From the NCBI GenBank assembly GCA_965372795.1, contig CBDVDR010000014.1:23391-87390 (forward strand): a stretch of 64,000 nt of DNA, read 5' to 3'. The stretch's first letter is position 1, and every line of letters begins with the position of its first letter. This DNA comes from an uncultured bacterium (GTDB lineage Bacteria > Zixibacteria > MSB-5A5 > GN15 > FEB-12). Below, piece by piece: positions 30,823 through 40,057 of the stretch. Below the pieces are notes generated by a model. It saw only the letters and a list, made by a program, of their open reading frames with translations, had not been told where the DNA came from and searched no databases. The position numbers were made by a program, and so were the translations under genes.

Positions 30823-33489
30823 ATGAAATTTAAACTCGCAATTATGTTAACTCTGTTAGCATTACTCTTTATTGCTGGATGTGATAAAGAAGAAAATTTC
30901 TATGACGGCTTATGGACTGACGGCCGCGTTATTGGCTCTGTTCATGGAATCGTTACAGATAATCAAACTAATGCCCGTATGGGAGATGTTACAGTAACTT
31001 GGGCATCACAAGGTAAAATATTTTCGACCATAACCAACAGTCTTGGATATTATGCCATTACAGATCTTTCATCAGGTCATTACGAAATCTCCTTCTCTGG
31101 ATCTTCTGGTTACGCAATTGGTATTCTCCATATGGATATTCCAGAACTTGACGCAATTGGCATTGATGAATATCCAACTAATGAAGATTTTCATTGGAGT
31201 GAATCTGAAAATATGTCTATGTATATGCTCAACGCCGGATTAACCGGTATGGTATATGCCGTACTTGACGATGAAACAGTAGTTCCAGCTGTTGGGGTTA
31301 CGGTTGTAGCTGATTTTTCAGGATTCGGTGTATCAGTTGAAGACTATACTGTCGTAACTGATGCTAATGGAGCTTACACTTTTACAGCTCTCCCGGCAAC
31401 CTTGAATGTTGATCTGAGAACCCTTCCATTTTACGATGGAGTGTATAGTTTTGCAGTAGCAACACAAAATGATGTGACTCTGCATAATGGTGGTACTGTG
31501 ACAGCGGCTGATTTCATGCTGCAGGTTGCAGCAATGATACCGTTTATAGTCCAAAATAATATTGCCAATAATGATTTTGGTCTCACAGATGACATCATGA
31601 TCACTTTCTCAAAAGCTATGGTAACAGAATCTTTTGAGATAACACTTGCCCCAACTGTCAAAGCTGTTGGTGCTGAAATTGGATTTGTAGCTACCTGGGC
31701 TGATGATGTTGCCCTTACTATTAATCCTGGAACAGCTCTTAATGCGAGCACAAGCTACACTCTATCAATGAGTGGAGTATCTCAGGATGGAAACGCATAT
31801 ACTGAATCAATTGCGTTTACTACAATTGATGGCTTGGAATTCCTTTATACTAATGCTGAACGAGCAATTGGTCTTTTTGATGAGTTCCCGGTTAATGGAA
31901 ATATTGAAATAACATTCAATATGGAAATTGATCTGACAAACATCAATGGTCATGTAACTATGACTGAAGATGGTGATCAGGTTGCATTGGATGCTACTGC
32001 TTCTGCCGATCTTATGACTCTCATAATTGACCCGGACTATGACCTGGAACCAGGCATGGATTACATAGTCGATTATGAAGTATATTCAAATATCCCTGGT
32101 GACTTTGATACTAAAACATTCACTATAACAACTTCCGATGATGTTGTTGTTCCAGGTCAGGTCATGAATTTTGCTCTTGATATGGGAGCAGGATATGAAG
32201 CTGACTATAATGACGCCGGTTGGGGATTTCAATGGGATGCGGTTGCAAATGCAACTACTTATAGAATCTATGCCAGAGATACCTATAATAACTCTGACTT
32301 TGTAGAAGTCTTTGATTTTACAGGTAATGATGTTGATCTGACATTTAACAGTGGTTTTGGTTTACCAGCCGAGTTTGACTATTTTGAGGATGATGGCATT
32401 CAAACTCCTTTAGCCTATGGAACCAAAGTTATCTTTAAAATTGTCGCAGAAAATGCCGCCGGCATGGGAATCTTCTCTGATTCTATTATGATCGGCGATG
32501 AAACAGCTCCTAATTATAATCAAAATAGTAGTCAGGAAAATTCTGCCAATAACTCTCTTGGTACCGAAGATATTGTCTTTACTATTGAATTTGATGCAAA
32601 TGAACCAATGGCACAAGAAGACCCAACCTTTATTTTTGGTGATAATGGTTCAGGTTATGTAACTTCCGCCTCAGACATTACTACATCTTGGGAAACCTTG
32701 TCTGAAGGTGAATTTACCTTTACAATTCCTGCCGGTCAGGATGCCTCGGGTGATACCGTATTCATTACTGCCAACGATGGTAGCGGTAATTCTTCTGCTG
32801 ACACTATCACATTGGTTCTTGAAGGTACAAACTTCTCAACAGCCGCTGATATAGATTATAACACAACATCAATTGCATTTACCTGGACAGACTATAACAA
32901 TTATGCAGACGATTATATGATCTATGTTAAAGATGATGGACTGAATCCAGAGGATACAGTAGTTGTAGGACCATTTGCAACTGGCAGTGGCGCTGTGAAT
33001 TTGGCGACATTGAACTATCCTCCACAATTTGATGGGGATACTCTGTTAAGCCCGGACGATGGTATGCAGACACCATTCCTCGCAACTAATCTTACCTTTA
33101 CTCTTGTTCCAAGAGTTGGTGGCGAAGAATTTGATCCGTATGAAGCTATAACATTGTCTGATGTTGTGTCTCCAACTGGTGGAGCCCTCACCTATTTTTC
33201 AGGTACAGCAGCCAGTGCTGGAGCTGATCATAACTATGTTATAGATTTTGCTGGAGTATCTGAATATATCGATACTTCTGGAACAGGAATGACATTCACA
33301 TTCGAAGATAACGGAGATGCTGGTGTTCCAGCAGATGTTTCAATCCTTTGGACTGATTTGGTTTCCGGAGTAATAACAATTGTTATTCCAGCAAATATAG
33401 ATCATTCAAATGATGTCTTAACAGTAAGTTACTTTGATATGAGTGGAAATGTTGTTGAAACTACTATAACAATCGGATTAGTCAACTAA
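30823..33489 (+). CDS. large acidic surface lipoprotein with carboxypeptidase-regulatory-like, Ig-like (Big_5) and FN3-like domains
   Basis: GGAGG SD, lipobox IAGC, G.V.D..T...TNSLGYY, ITFSKAM..SF, LTINP...L..ST.Y; very D/E/T-rich; followed by a strong terminator. Confidence 0.75.
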   Translation: MKFKLAIMLTLLALLFIAGCDKEENFYDGLWTDGRVIGSVHGIVTDNQTNARMGDVTVTWASQGKIFSTITNSLGYYAITDLSSGHYEISFSGSSGYAIGILHMDIPELDAIGIDEYPTNEDFHWSESENMSMYMLNAGLTGMVYAVLDDETVVPAVGVTVVADFSGFGVSVEDYTVVTDANGAYTFTALPATLNVDLRTLPFYDGVYSFAVATQNDVTLHNGGTVTAADFMLQVAAMIPFIVQNNIANNDFGLTDDIMITFSKAMVTESFEITLAPTVKAVGAEIGFVATWADDVALTINPGTALNASTSYTLSMSGVSQDGNAYTESIAFTTIDGLEFLYTNAERAIGLFDEFPVNGNIEITFNMEIDLTNINGHVTMTEDGDQVALDATASADLMTLIIDPDYDLEPGMDYIVDYEVYSNIPGDFDTKTFTITTSDDVVVPGQVMNFALDMGAGYEADYNDAGWGFQWDAVANATTYRIYARDTYNNSDFVEVFDFTGNDVDLTFNSGFGLPAEFDYFEDDGIQTPLAYGTKVIFKIVAENAAGMGIFSDSIMIGDETAPNYNQNSSQENSANNSLGTEDIVFTIEFDANEPMAQEDPTFIFGDNGSGYVTSASDITTSWETLSEGEFTFTIPAGQDASGDTVFITANDGSGNSSADTITLVLEGTNFSTAADIDYNTTSIAFTWTDYNNYADDYMIYVKDDGLNPEDTVVVGPFATGSGAVNLATLNYPPQFDGDTLLSPDDGMQTPFLATNLTFTLVPRVGGEEFDPYEAITLSDVVSPTGGALTYFSGTAASAGADHNYVIDFAGVSEYIDTSGTGMTFTFEDNGDAGVPADVSILWTDLVSGVITIVIPANIDHSNDVLTVSYFDMSGNVVETTITIGLVN

Positions 33490-33512
33490 GACATATTTTC
33501 ATTGTTTTTTAC

Positions 33513-33540
33513 AAGGGGAGCTTCGGCTCCCCTTTTTTTT
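33513..33540 (+). terminator. intrinsic terminator
   Basis: AAGGGGAGC-TTCG-GCTCCCCTT followed by a T run. Confidence 0.9.
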
Positions 33541-33557
33541 ATTGCATAAACTAAAAT

Positions 33558-33573
33558 TGGCAAGATTTCTGCT
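33558..33573 (+). promoter_or_regulatory. candidate sigma54 (-24/-12) promoter
   Basis: TGGCAAGATTTCTGCT has GG/GC spacing identical to TGGCACGNNNNTTGCW. Confidence 0.4.
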
Positions 33574-33732
33574 CTTTAGTATATTAACATTATCAATTGT
33601 TCAACAATTGAACAATTATTTTGTAACAATTAAAAGGGTATTGCGTCTTAATAAATATACCGAACCGCATTACAGTTCTATACCCTCACATTTTTGATAA
33701 TTATTATATTTCACCAATATGGAGGAATGACA

Positions 33733-35964
33733 ATGAAGAGATTCGCATTTACAGCCACTCTATCTATTTTCCTAATAGTGGCAATTCTCCTCACAATTAA
33801 TGTTTGGGCTTCATCTTCACCAAACAACTCAAAAGCTTTAATCCTGGATAATTCAAAAGTATCTGCTTTAAATAAGCAATCATCCGAATTATCGACAACC
33901 AGTATTAAAGAAGAATTTAACGAAGATAAAGCAATATTTACTCCGCCGGAAACAACACCGTTTCAGGGTGGCGATGATATTGGTTCGGCAGCCCCTATTA
34001 CCAGCATGCCGGCTTCAATAAGCGGTACAACAGATAGTTATACTGACGATTATCAGGAAAATTGTGATGGTACCGGTTCGAGTAATCAGCCTGATGTTGT
34101 ATACTCGTATGCACCGGCTGTGGATGAATATGTTGATATTTCTCTTTGTAATTCATCCTATGTTACAAATTTGTGGGTTTATGAGAATGATGCTACTACT
34201 CTGACAGCATGTAATCGATTTGAACCTGCCTGTGGAAATCCTCGCTCTCAATTAACCAATGTTGAGATGATTGCAGGTAATACCTATTATATAGTTATTG
34301 ATGGTGATTGGCAGCTTTCACCCGGATTTGGCACTTACCAGATGGAACTGTCTTCCATCCCTGTTCCAGTGTTGCATGATTCATCTTATGTCCATCCAGC
34401 ACTTGCTGATGCCGGAAATGGTAACCTGATTCTCGCTTATGAAGATAATAATTTGGATACTAATGGAATATGGACCGGATCAAACTTGGATGGTGTATTT
34501 TTAATGGGTGGAGTTTTTTGGTCAGGTCATAATATATATCCATCGGTAGCATATTGGGGACAAGATTCTGTGTTCTATGGCACTTACGTTGAAGAAGGTA
34601 CTGGAAATATACATGTATTAGATTTACATCATCCTACTGATAATGGTTTATGGAGCAATTCTTTCTGGGATTACTCTACTTATGGATGGCAAAATCTGAG
34701 TATTATTGATATTGCAACCGATGATTCGCAACCTTTTGCTGAACAGCCGGGTTACAGATTCGGTCTAGTCTCAATGGTGCACAATACAACTTATACTACC
34801 CCCTCAATAGTTGATGGACCGTTTCTTCTTTATGAAATTGACGGACCTGATATTGGCCGAGCAAATATAAGCTGGTACAACGACATGAACGGCTGTCTCA
34901 GTACATCAATTAATATTGATAATACGACTTTGATGTCATATGCGGTATATGATCCATATAGTATTGCTGATGCTCAACGGCAATTATTTATTCGTTATGA
35001 TAATTTTGATGATATGGATGATGACGTTAACGCCGGTGGTTATACTTATAGTCTTGAACCTGGTGAAAATATTCAATATCCCGAAGTTTCCGCTCATGAT
35101 GGAAATATTCTGGTTGTATGTGAATATTTCACTGATACTGCTCCTGATGACAGAGATATCATCTGTTATTATGCTCCGGGAGGTGATGTCGCGAATTTGA
35201 GTACTTCAATAGTAATGGCAACCGTTGAAGATGAACGATTCCCAAGAATCGAAAATGTATTCGGAAATACCTTTGTCTGTACATATATCTCAAATAATGT
35301 TCTGTATATGGTACTTTCAGATGATGGCGGTGCAACCTGGGGAATTCCTGAGGCAATGAGCGATGCTGATGAAGTCGTCTCAGAATATCATGCCTCTGAC
35401 ATTACAGAAAAAGGCTCTAAACTGATCTGGGAATACCGGATAGCCGGAGACCCGGATACAAGTATTTTCCTACATTTTGGACCTTCCAATCTTGTAACAG
35501 ACTCCGATAATGACGGCGTTTCTGATGAATTCGACAACTGTTTGACAACTGCAAACCCAGGTCAGGAAGATGCTGACGGTGATGGTATTGGAGATGTTTG
35601 TGATGATTGTACCGATACCGACAATGACGGTTACGGTGACCCCGGATTTCCTGCTAACACCTGCGGACTTGACAATTGCCCTACCACTTATAATCCCGGA
35701 CAAGAAGATTCCGGTAGTGAAAATATAGGTGATGCCTGTTGTTGTATAGATTATAGAGGTGATGTCGATTATGATGGTGATATACTGATTTCTGATATAA
35801 CCTTTTTAGTCGATTACCTTTTTGGAGGCGGCGCTCCCCCACCCTGCCCATTTGAGGGCGATGCTGACGGCGGCGGCGGCGATACTCCGGTAAATATCTC
35901 CGATCTCACTTTTTTGGTTGAGTACATGTTTTCTGGAGGTATAATCCCCCCAAACTGCCCGTAA
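33733..35964 (+). CDS. secreted protein with thrombospondin type-3 Ca-binding repeats and C-terminal dockerin-like domain
   Basis: Signal peptide; DSDNDGV.D..DNC...ANPGQEDADGDGIGDVCD; CC..RGDVDYDG...ISDITFLVDYLF..NISDLTFLVEYMF. Confidence 0.8.
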   Translation: MKRFAFTATLSIFLIVAILLTINVWASSSPNNSKALILDNSKVSALNKQSSELSTTSIKEEFNEDKAIFTPPETTPFQGGDDIGSAAPITSMPASISGTTDSYTDDYQENCDGTGSSNQPDVVYSYAPAVDEYVDISLCNSSYVTNLWVYENDATTLTACNRFEPACGNPRSQLTNVEMIAGNTYYIVIDGDWQLSPGFGTYQMELSSIPVPVLHDSSYVHPALADAGNGNLILAYEDNNLDTNGIWTGSNLDGVFLMGGVFWSGHNIYPSVAYWGQDSVFYGTYVEEGTGNIHVLDLHHPTDNGLWSNSFWDYSTYGWQNLSIIDIATDDSQPFAEQPGYRFGLVSMVHNTTYTTPSIVDGPFLLYEIDGPDIGRANISWYNDMNGCLSTSINIDNTTLMSYAVYDPYSIADAQRQLFIRYDNFDDMDDDVNAGGYTYSLEPGENIQYPEVSAHDGNILVVCEYFTDTAPDDRDIICYYAPGGDVANLSTSIVMATVEDERFPRIENVFGNTFVCTYISNNVLYMVLSDDGGATWGIPEAMSDADEVVSEYHASDITEKGSKLIWEYRIAGDPDTSIFLHFGPSNLVTDSDNDGVSDEFDNCLTTANPGQEDADGDGIGDVCDDCTDTDNDGYGDPGFPANTCGLDNCPTTYNPGQEDSGSENIGDACCCIDYRGDVDYDGDILISDITFLVDYLFGGGAPPPCPFEGDADGGGGDTPVNISDLTFLVEYMFSGGIIPPNCP

Positions 35965-35988
35965 GGGAAAGAACTACATATAAAAAAG

Positions 35989-36015
35989 AGGAGCGGCTAT
36001 GGCTGCTCCTTTTTT
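35989..36015 (+). terminator. intrinsic terminator
   Basis: AGGAGCGGC-tatg-GCTGCTCCT followed by a T run. Confidence 0.8.
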
Positions 36016-36201
36016 GTAAATACTAAATCTGGATATTATATGTTGTCATTTCGTAATAACCTAAAACCCTATATCCTCTTAAAAAATCTTAAATAATACT
36101 ACAAAATAAGCATTCTAAACCTTATACAGTTGATTTTCATAATTTTCTGATGTATATATTTTACGGAAATTAATTTAATCATGACTTGATAAGGTTTCAA
36201 T

Positions 36202-37176
36202 ATGAAAAAAATAATCGTTACCGGTGCAGTTGGCCAAATCGGATCCGAACTCACAACCTCACTTCGCCAAAAATATGGAGAGTCCAATGTTATCGCCACT
36301 GATATTCGTATGCCAACTGATACAAAACTTCGTGATGGCGGTCCGTTTGAATTTCTTGACTGTCTCGATCCTCATCACATTACCCGCGTTATGCAGATTC
36401 ATCAGGTTGATACGATTTTCCATCTTGCCGCTGTACTCTCTGCTATCGGTGAATCCAAACCTAATCATGCCTGGCAAATAAACGTGAACGGCTTATACAA
36501 TATCATTGAAGCTGCTCGCCAGTATAATTGTGCTCTTTTCTTCCCTAGTTCAATCGGAGCCTTTGGACCCTCGACTCCCCCTGATAAAACTCCACAGGTC
36601 ACTATTCAAAGACCGGAAACGATGTATGGCGTTACAAAAGTCGCTGGTGAGCTGGTTTGTGATTACTATCATAAACGATTTGGCTTGGATACTCGCGGGT
36701 TGAGATTCCCGGGGTTGATTTCCTATGAAACGGAACCGGGTGGCGGAACAACTGACTATGCCGTCGAAATTTATATCGAAGCCCTTCGTCATAAAAAATA
36801 TTCTTGCTATCTGACTGAAAATACATCTTTAGACATGATGTATATGCCGGATGCTATCAGAGCTATAATTGAACTAATGGAAGCGGATCCGGATAAACTG
36901 AAAGATCGTAATGCGTTCAATGTTACAGCAATGAATTTTACACCTTCACAGATTGCTAAAGAGATTCAAAAACATATTCCTGACTTTGAAATAGATTATA
37001 AAGTTGATCCGGTTCGTCAGGAGATCGCTGATTCCTGGCCTAACTCACTTGATGATTCTGCGGCAAAAGAACAATGGGGATGGAAACCAACCTTTGATCT
37101 TAAATCAATGACAGAAGATATGCTGGATAAATTAGCCGACCGGGTGCAACTTCCTCAGGAACAGAAGACACGCTAA
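36202..37176 (+). CDS. tdh: L-threonine 3-dehydrogenase (SDR/epimerase type)
   Basis: TGAVGQIG, PSSIGAFG, YGVTK, PGGGTTDYA; adjacent to kbl. Confidence 0.85.
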   Translation: MKKIIVTGAVGQIGSELTTSLRQKYGESNVIATDIRMPTDTKLRDGGPFEFLDCLDPHHITRVMQIHQVDTIFHLAAVLSAIGESKPNHAWQINVNGLYNIIEAARQYNCALFFPSSIGAFGPSTPPDKTPQVTIQRPETMYGVTKVAGELVCDYYHKRFGLDTRGLRFPGLISYETEPGGGTTDYAVEIYIEALRHKKYSCYLTENTSLDMMYMPDAIRAIIELMEADPDKLKDRNAFNVTAMNFTPSQIAKEIQKHIPDFEIDYKVDPVRQEIADSWPNSLDDSAAKEQWGWKPTFDLKSMTEDMLDKLADRVQLPQEQKTR

Positions 37177-37191
37177 GTAAAGGAATACAAA

Positions 37192-38421
37192 ATGTCATTG
37201 AATAAATTTTCTATAGAACTTCAGAACAATCTGGATGAACTGTACAAAAGCGGAACTGCCAAAGGCGCTGAACAGGTTGTAGTAAAAGTCAATAAATCCA
37301 CCGGTGAAAAAGGTCCGCGCTTTTTCCTTGAAGGTCACGGCGATAAAGAATTTATTAGAATGAATGCCAATTCATATCTTGGCATGTCCTTACGTGATGA
37401 TGTGGTTAAAGCTGAAGAGGAAGCCGCTCTTAGTTTTGGCGTTGGTCCCGGAGCTGTAAGATTTATAAGCGGTACCTATAAAGTACACACTGATCTTGAA
37501 AAAAAACTGGCTGAATTCCATAAGCGTGAAGATTGTATGCTGACATCGGCGGCGTACACATCTGTTCTTGGCGTTATCTCGACACTGACTACACCGGAAA
37601 CAATTATTATCAGTGATGAATTAAATCATAATTGTATTATCAATTCGATGAAACTTGCCCGCCCAAAAGCTAAAAAAATATACACTCATCTTGATATGAA
37701 TATGCTTGAAGAGCAGATTAAAGATTCAATCGGGCAGTGTGAAACTATTATTGTGATAACCGATGGCGTCTTCAGTATGCGGGGTGATTATGCTCCCCTT
37801 GATAAAATTGCGAATATTTGTAAAAAATATAATGATAAATTTCCAAAAGATATAGTGTTTGTCGTTGATGACTCTCATGGAGTCGGTGCCTTAGGTGCCA
37901 CCGGAGGTGGTACTGAAGAACTTTGCAATGCTGATGGAATTGATATTCTCATCGCTACCTTAGGCAAGGCTTTTGGTGTTAATGGGGGTTACATAGTTTC
38001 CAACAAAACTGTTATTACTTATTTACGTGAAAAAAATTCTTTCTATATTTACACTAACCCGATTACCCCATCCGAAGCCGCCGCAGCCTATAAATCTATA
38101 GAAATTTTACAAAGCTCCGAAGGTGCGCAGCTTTTGAAACATCTTAGCAAAATGACTAAAAAATTCGAAAACGGTTTAGTTGATCTGGGCTACGAAACAA
38201 TCCCAAGTGAACACCCGGTTGTACCGTTGATGGTACGAGATACTGAGAAAACGATAGCACTTGTAAAATATCTGCGAGATAACGGAATCCTCGCCACCGG
38301 TCTTAATTTCCCGGTTGTTCCTCAGGGTGATCAACTGATCCGATTCCAGGTTTCGGCTGACCATACAGAATTTGATATTGATTATGTGCTGAATGTTTTA
38401 AAAGAATTCAAATCAAAGTAA
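37192..38421 (+). CDS. kbl: glycine C-acetyltransferase (2-amino-3-ketobutyrate CoA ligase)
   Basis: NSYLG, VRFISGT, DELNHNC, DDSHG, TLGKA PLP-lysine motif; in an operon with tdh. Confidence 0.85.
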   Translation: MSLNKFSIELQNNLDELYKSGTAKGAEQVVVKVNKSTGEKGPRFFLEGHGDKEFIRMNANSYLGMSLRDDVVKAEEEAALSFGVGPGAVRFISGTYKVHTDLEKKLAEFHKREDCMLTSAAYTSVLGVISTLTTPETIIISDELNHNCIINSMKLARPKAKKIYTHLDMNMLEEQIKDSIGQCETIIVITDGVFSMRGDYAPLDKIANICKKYNDKFPKDIVFVVDDSHGVGALGATGGGTEELCNADGIDILIATLGKAFGVNGGYIVSNKTVITYLREKNSFYIYTNPITPSEAAAAYKSIEILQSSEGAQLLKHLSKMTKKFENGLVDLGYETIPSEHPVVPLMVRDTEKTIALVKYLRDNGILATGLNFPVVPQGDQLIRFQVSADHTEFDIDYVLNVLKEFKSK

Positions 38422-38481
38422 CTTCGTTACTTTAATCTTTAGATTTGTAAGCCCTTCTTTATTTATAATAAATTAGAGCAT

Positions 38482-39066
38482 TTAATTAATATTACAAACA
38501 TGACAATCAACCGGTGGCGGTGATCCCGGCACAAACATGAAATCAACAAAATAAGTGAGATCAGAAATACCTAAATCACAATCATTATTATTATCAAATT
38601 CTTCAGTACAAATCGGTGGCGGGGAACCGGGTACAAACATGAAATCAATAAAATAAGTAAGATCAGAAATACCAACCTCAGTATCCCCATTTGCATCTCC
38701 CGGCAAATCACAACATTCAATAATTGGGATTTCCATAAATATTGTATCTTTCATAGTTGTCGGATGAATCCCACATAAATACGGAAATGGTCCCGGACCG
38801 TCTTCTAACAAAAATGCCACTTCAAAAAAAGACCCAACAGTGCTCATATTTCCCGAATTCCATTGCTTAGGTGAATCAATTGTGGAAGTAGTTGTATGAA
38901 AACCACTTGCCAAGGTCCATCGAACGGTATCTCCGGGTTGAACTACTGTTTTTTCTGGTGAAAAGAAAAAATCACCAAAACTGATTTGGTGAATAGTAGC
39001 AAAGACATTGGAATTCATTAAAGTCAAAAATCCTACTACTATCAGGAAATTTTTTACTTCTTTCAC
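38482..39066 (-). CDS. secreted cupredoxin (type-1 Cu) fused to a dockerin-like domain
   Basis: Signal peptide; F.P....V.PGDTVRW..HTTT..YLCGIH..TM Cu ligands; two ISDLTYF.DFMF.PG..PP repeats. Confidence 0.85.
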   Translation of the reverse strand: MKEVKNFLIVVGFLTLMNSNVFATIHQISFGDFFFSPEKTVVQPGDTVRWTLASGFHTTTSTIDSPKQWNSGNMSTVGSFFEVAFLLEDGPGPFPYLCGIHPTTMKDTIFMEIPIIECCDLPGDANGDTEVGISDLTYFIDFMFVPGSPPPICTEEFDNNNDCDLGISDLTYFVDFMFVPGSPPPVDCHVCNIN

Positions 39067-39114
39067 AATAGAATCCTCTTTTATTCAATTTTTATATAAA
39101 ACGATATGATTGAC

Positions 39115-39241
39115 AAAAATAAAACAAACAGGGGCTATGACACCCCTGAATGCTATCCTGTTAAGACAGATATAGAGAGGAAACTCTTAAATCCAAAACA
39201 GGGATAATTCACTTACCTATTTACCATTGAAAATTATAACA
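39115..39241 (-). promoter_or_regulatory. structured 5' leader with extended -10 and intrinsic terminator upstream of the cupredoxin gene
   Basis: Minus strand: TGtTATAAT (39233-39241), a long imperfect hairpin, then CAGGGGU-gucaua-GCCCCUG-UUUGUUUUAUUUUU (39129-39148). Confidence 0.55.
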
Positions 39242-39460
39242 TAATTTAATACTTAATTGTTCCTCTATCTTGGATTATTTTGATCTTTTTTAAGGTGTAT
39301 TAGTTATCGGTCAAAATACTATCTATATTTAATTTTATTTTTGGGGTTGTTTGGAGAACAATACCAAGAAAAAGTATCAAAATTGCTTTTGTTGACTCCG
39401 ATTTTATAAAAAGATAAATTTATACGTTCAAAGTTATAATCATAATTGAAAGGAAATTCT

Positions 39461-40057
39461 GTGAAAAAATTAATTCTATTAGTTCTGATTGCTGCAATCC
39501 TCACCGGCTGTGGCTCATCAACAAAAGTCTACCGGATCGATGAAAAAACGGTAACCGATTTAAGTGGAAAATGGAATGACACTGATGCTCGTTTAGTTGC
39601 CGAGGAAATGATCTCTGATTGTTTGTCACGCCCATGGTTGACTGATTTTGTTATGAAAAACAGTCAAAAACCGGTTGTGACGGTTGGCACTATTCGCAAC
39701 AGGAGTGATGAACACATCGACACCGAAATTTTCTCTAAAGATTTCGAAAGAGAACTGATCAATTCATCTCAGGTTAGATTTGTTGCCAGCAGTGGTCAAC
39801 GTGATGAACTTCGCGGTGAAAGAATGGATCAAAGCGAGTTTGCCTCAAAAGAAACCATGAAAAAACTTCGTGAAGAAACCGGCGCCGATTATCTTTTAAT
39901 GGGCTCAATCAAAACTATCACCGATCAAGCTGAAGGTGTTCGGGTTGTATTCTATCAAACCGATCTGGAATTGATTGATATTGAAAGCATGGAAAAAGTT
40001 TGGATTAATACTAAGAAAATTAAAAAAGAAATTTCCAAGTCTAAAACAAAGTGGTAA
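39461..40057 (+). CDS. LpoB-like lipoprotein (PBP activator family)
   Basis: Lipobox LTGC; DLSG.WNDTD, NRSDEHID, GADY.L.GSI, YQ.DLEL.D....VW. Confidence 0.75.
   Translation: MKKLILLVLIAAILTGCGSSTKVYRIDEKTVTDLSGKWNDTDARLVAEEMISDCLSRPWLTDFVMKNSQKPVVTVGTIRNRSDEHIDTEIFSKDFERELINSSQVRFVASSGQRDELRGERMDQSEFASKETMKKLREETGADYLLMGSIKTITDQAEGVRVVFYQTDLELIDIESMEKVWINTKKIKKEISKSKTKW

Noticed and set aside
37192..38421. Second serine palmitoyltransferase
   Set aside because: The VRFISGT/TLGKA motifs and coupling to threonine dehydrogenase indicate Kbl.
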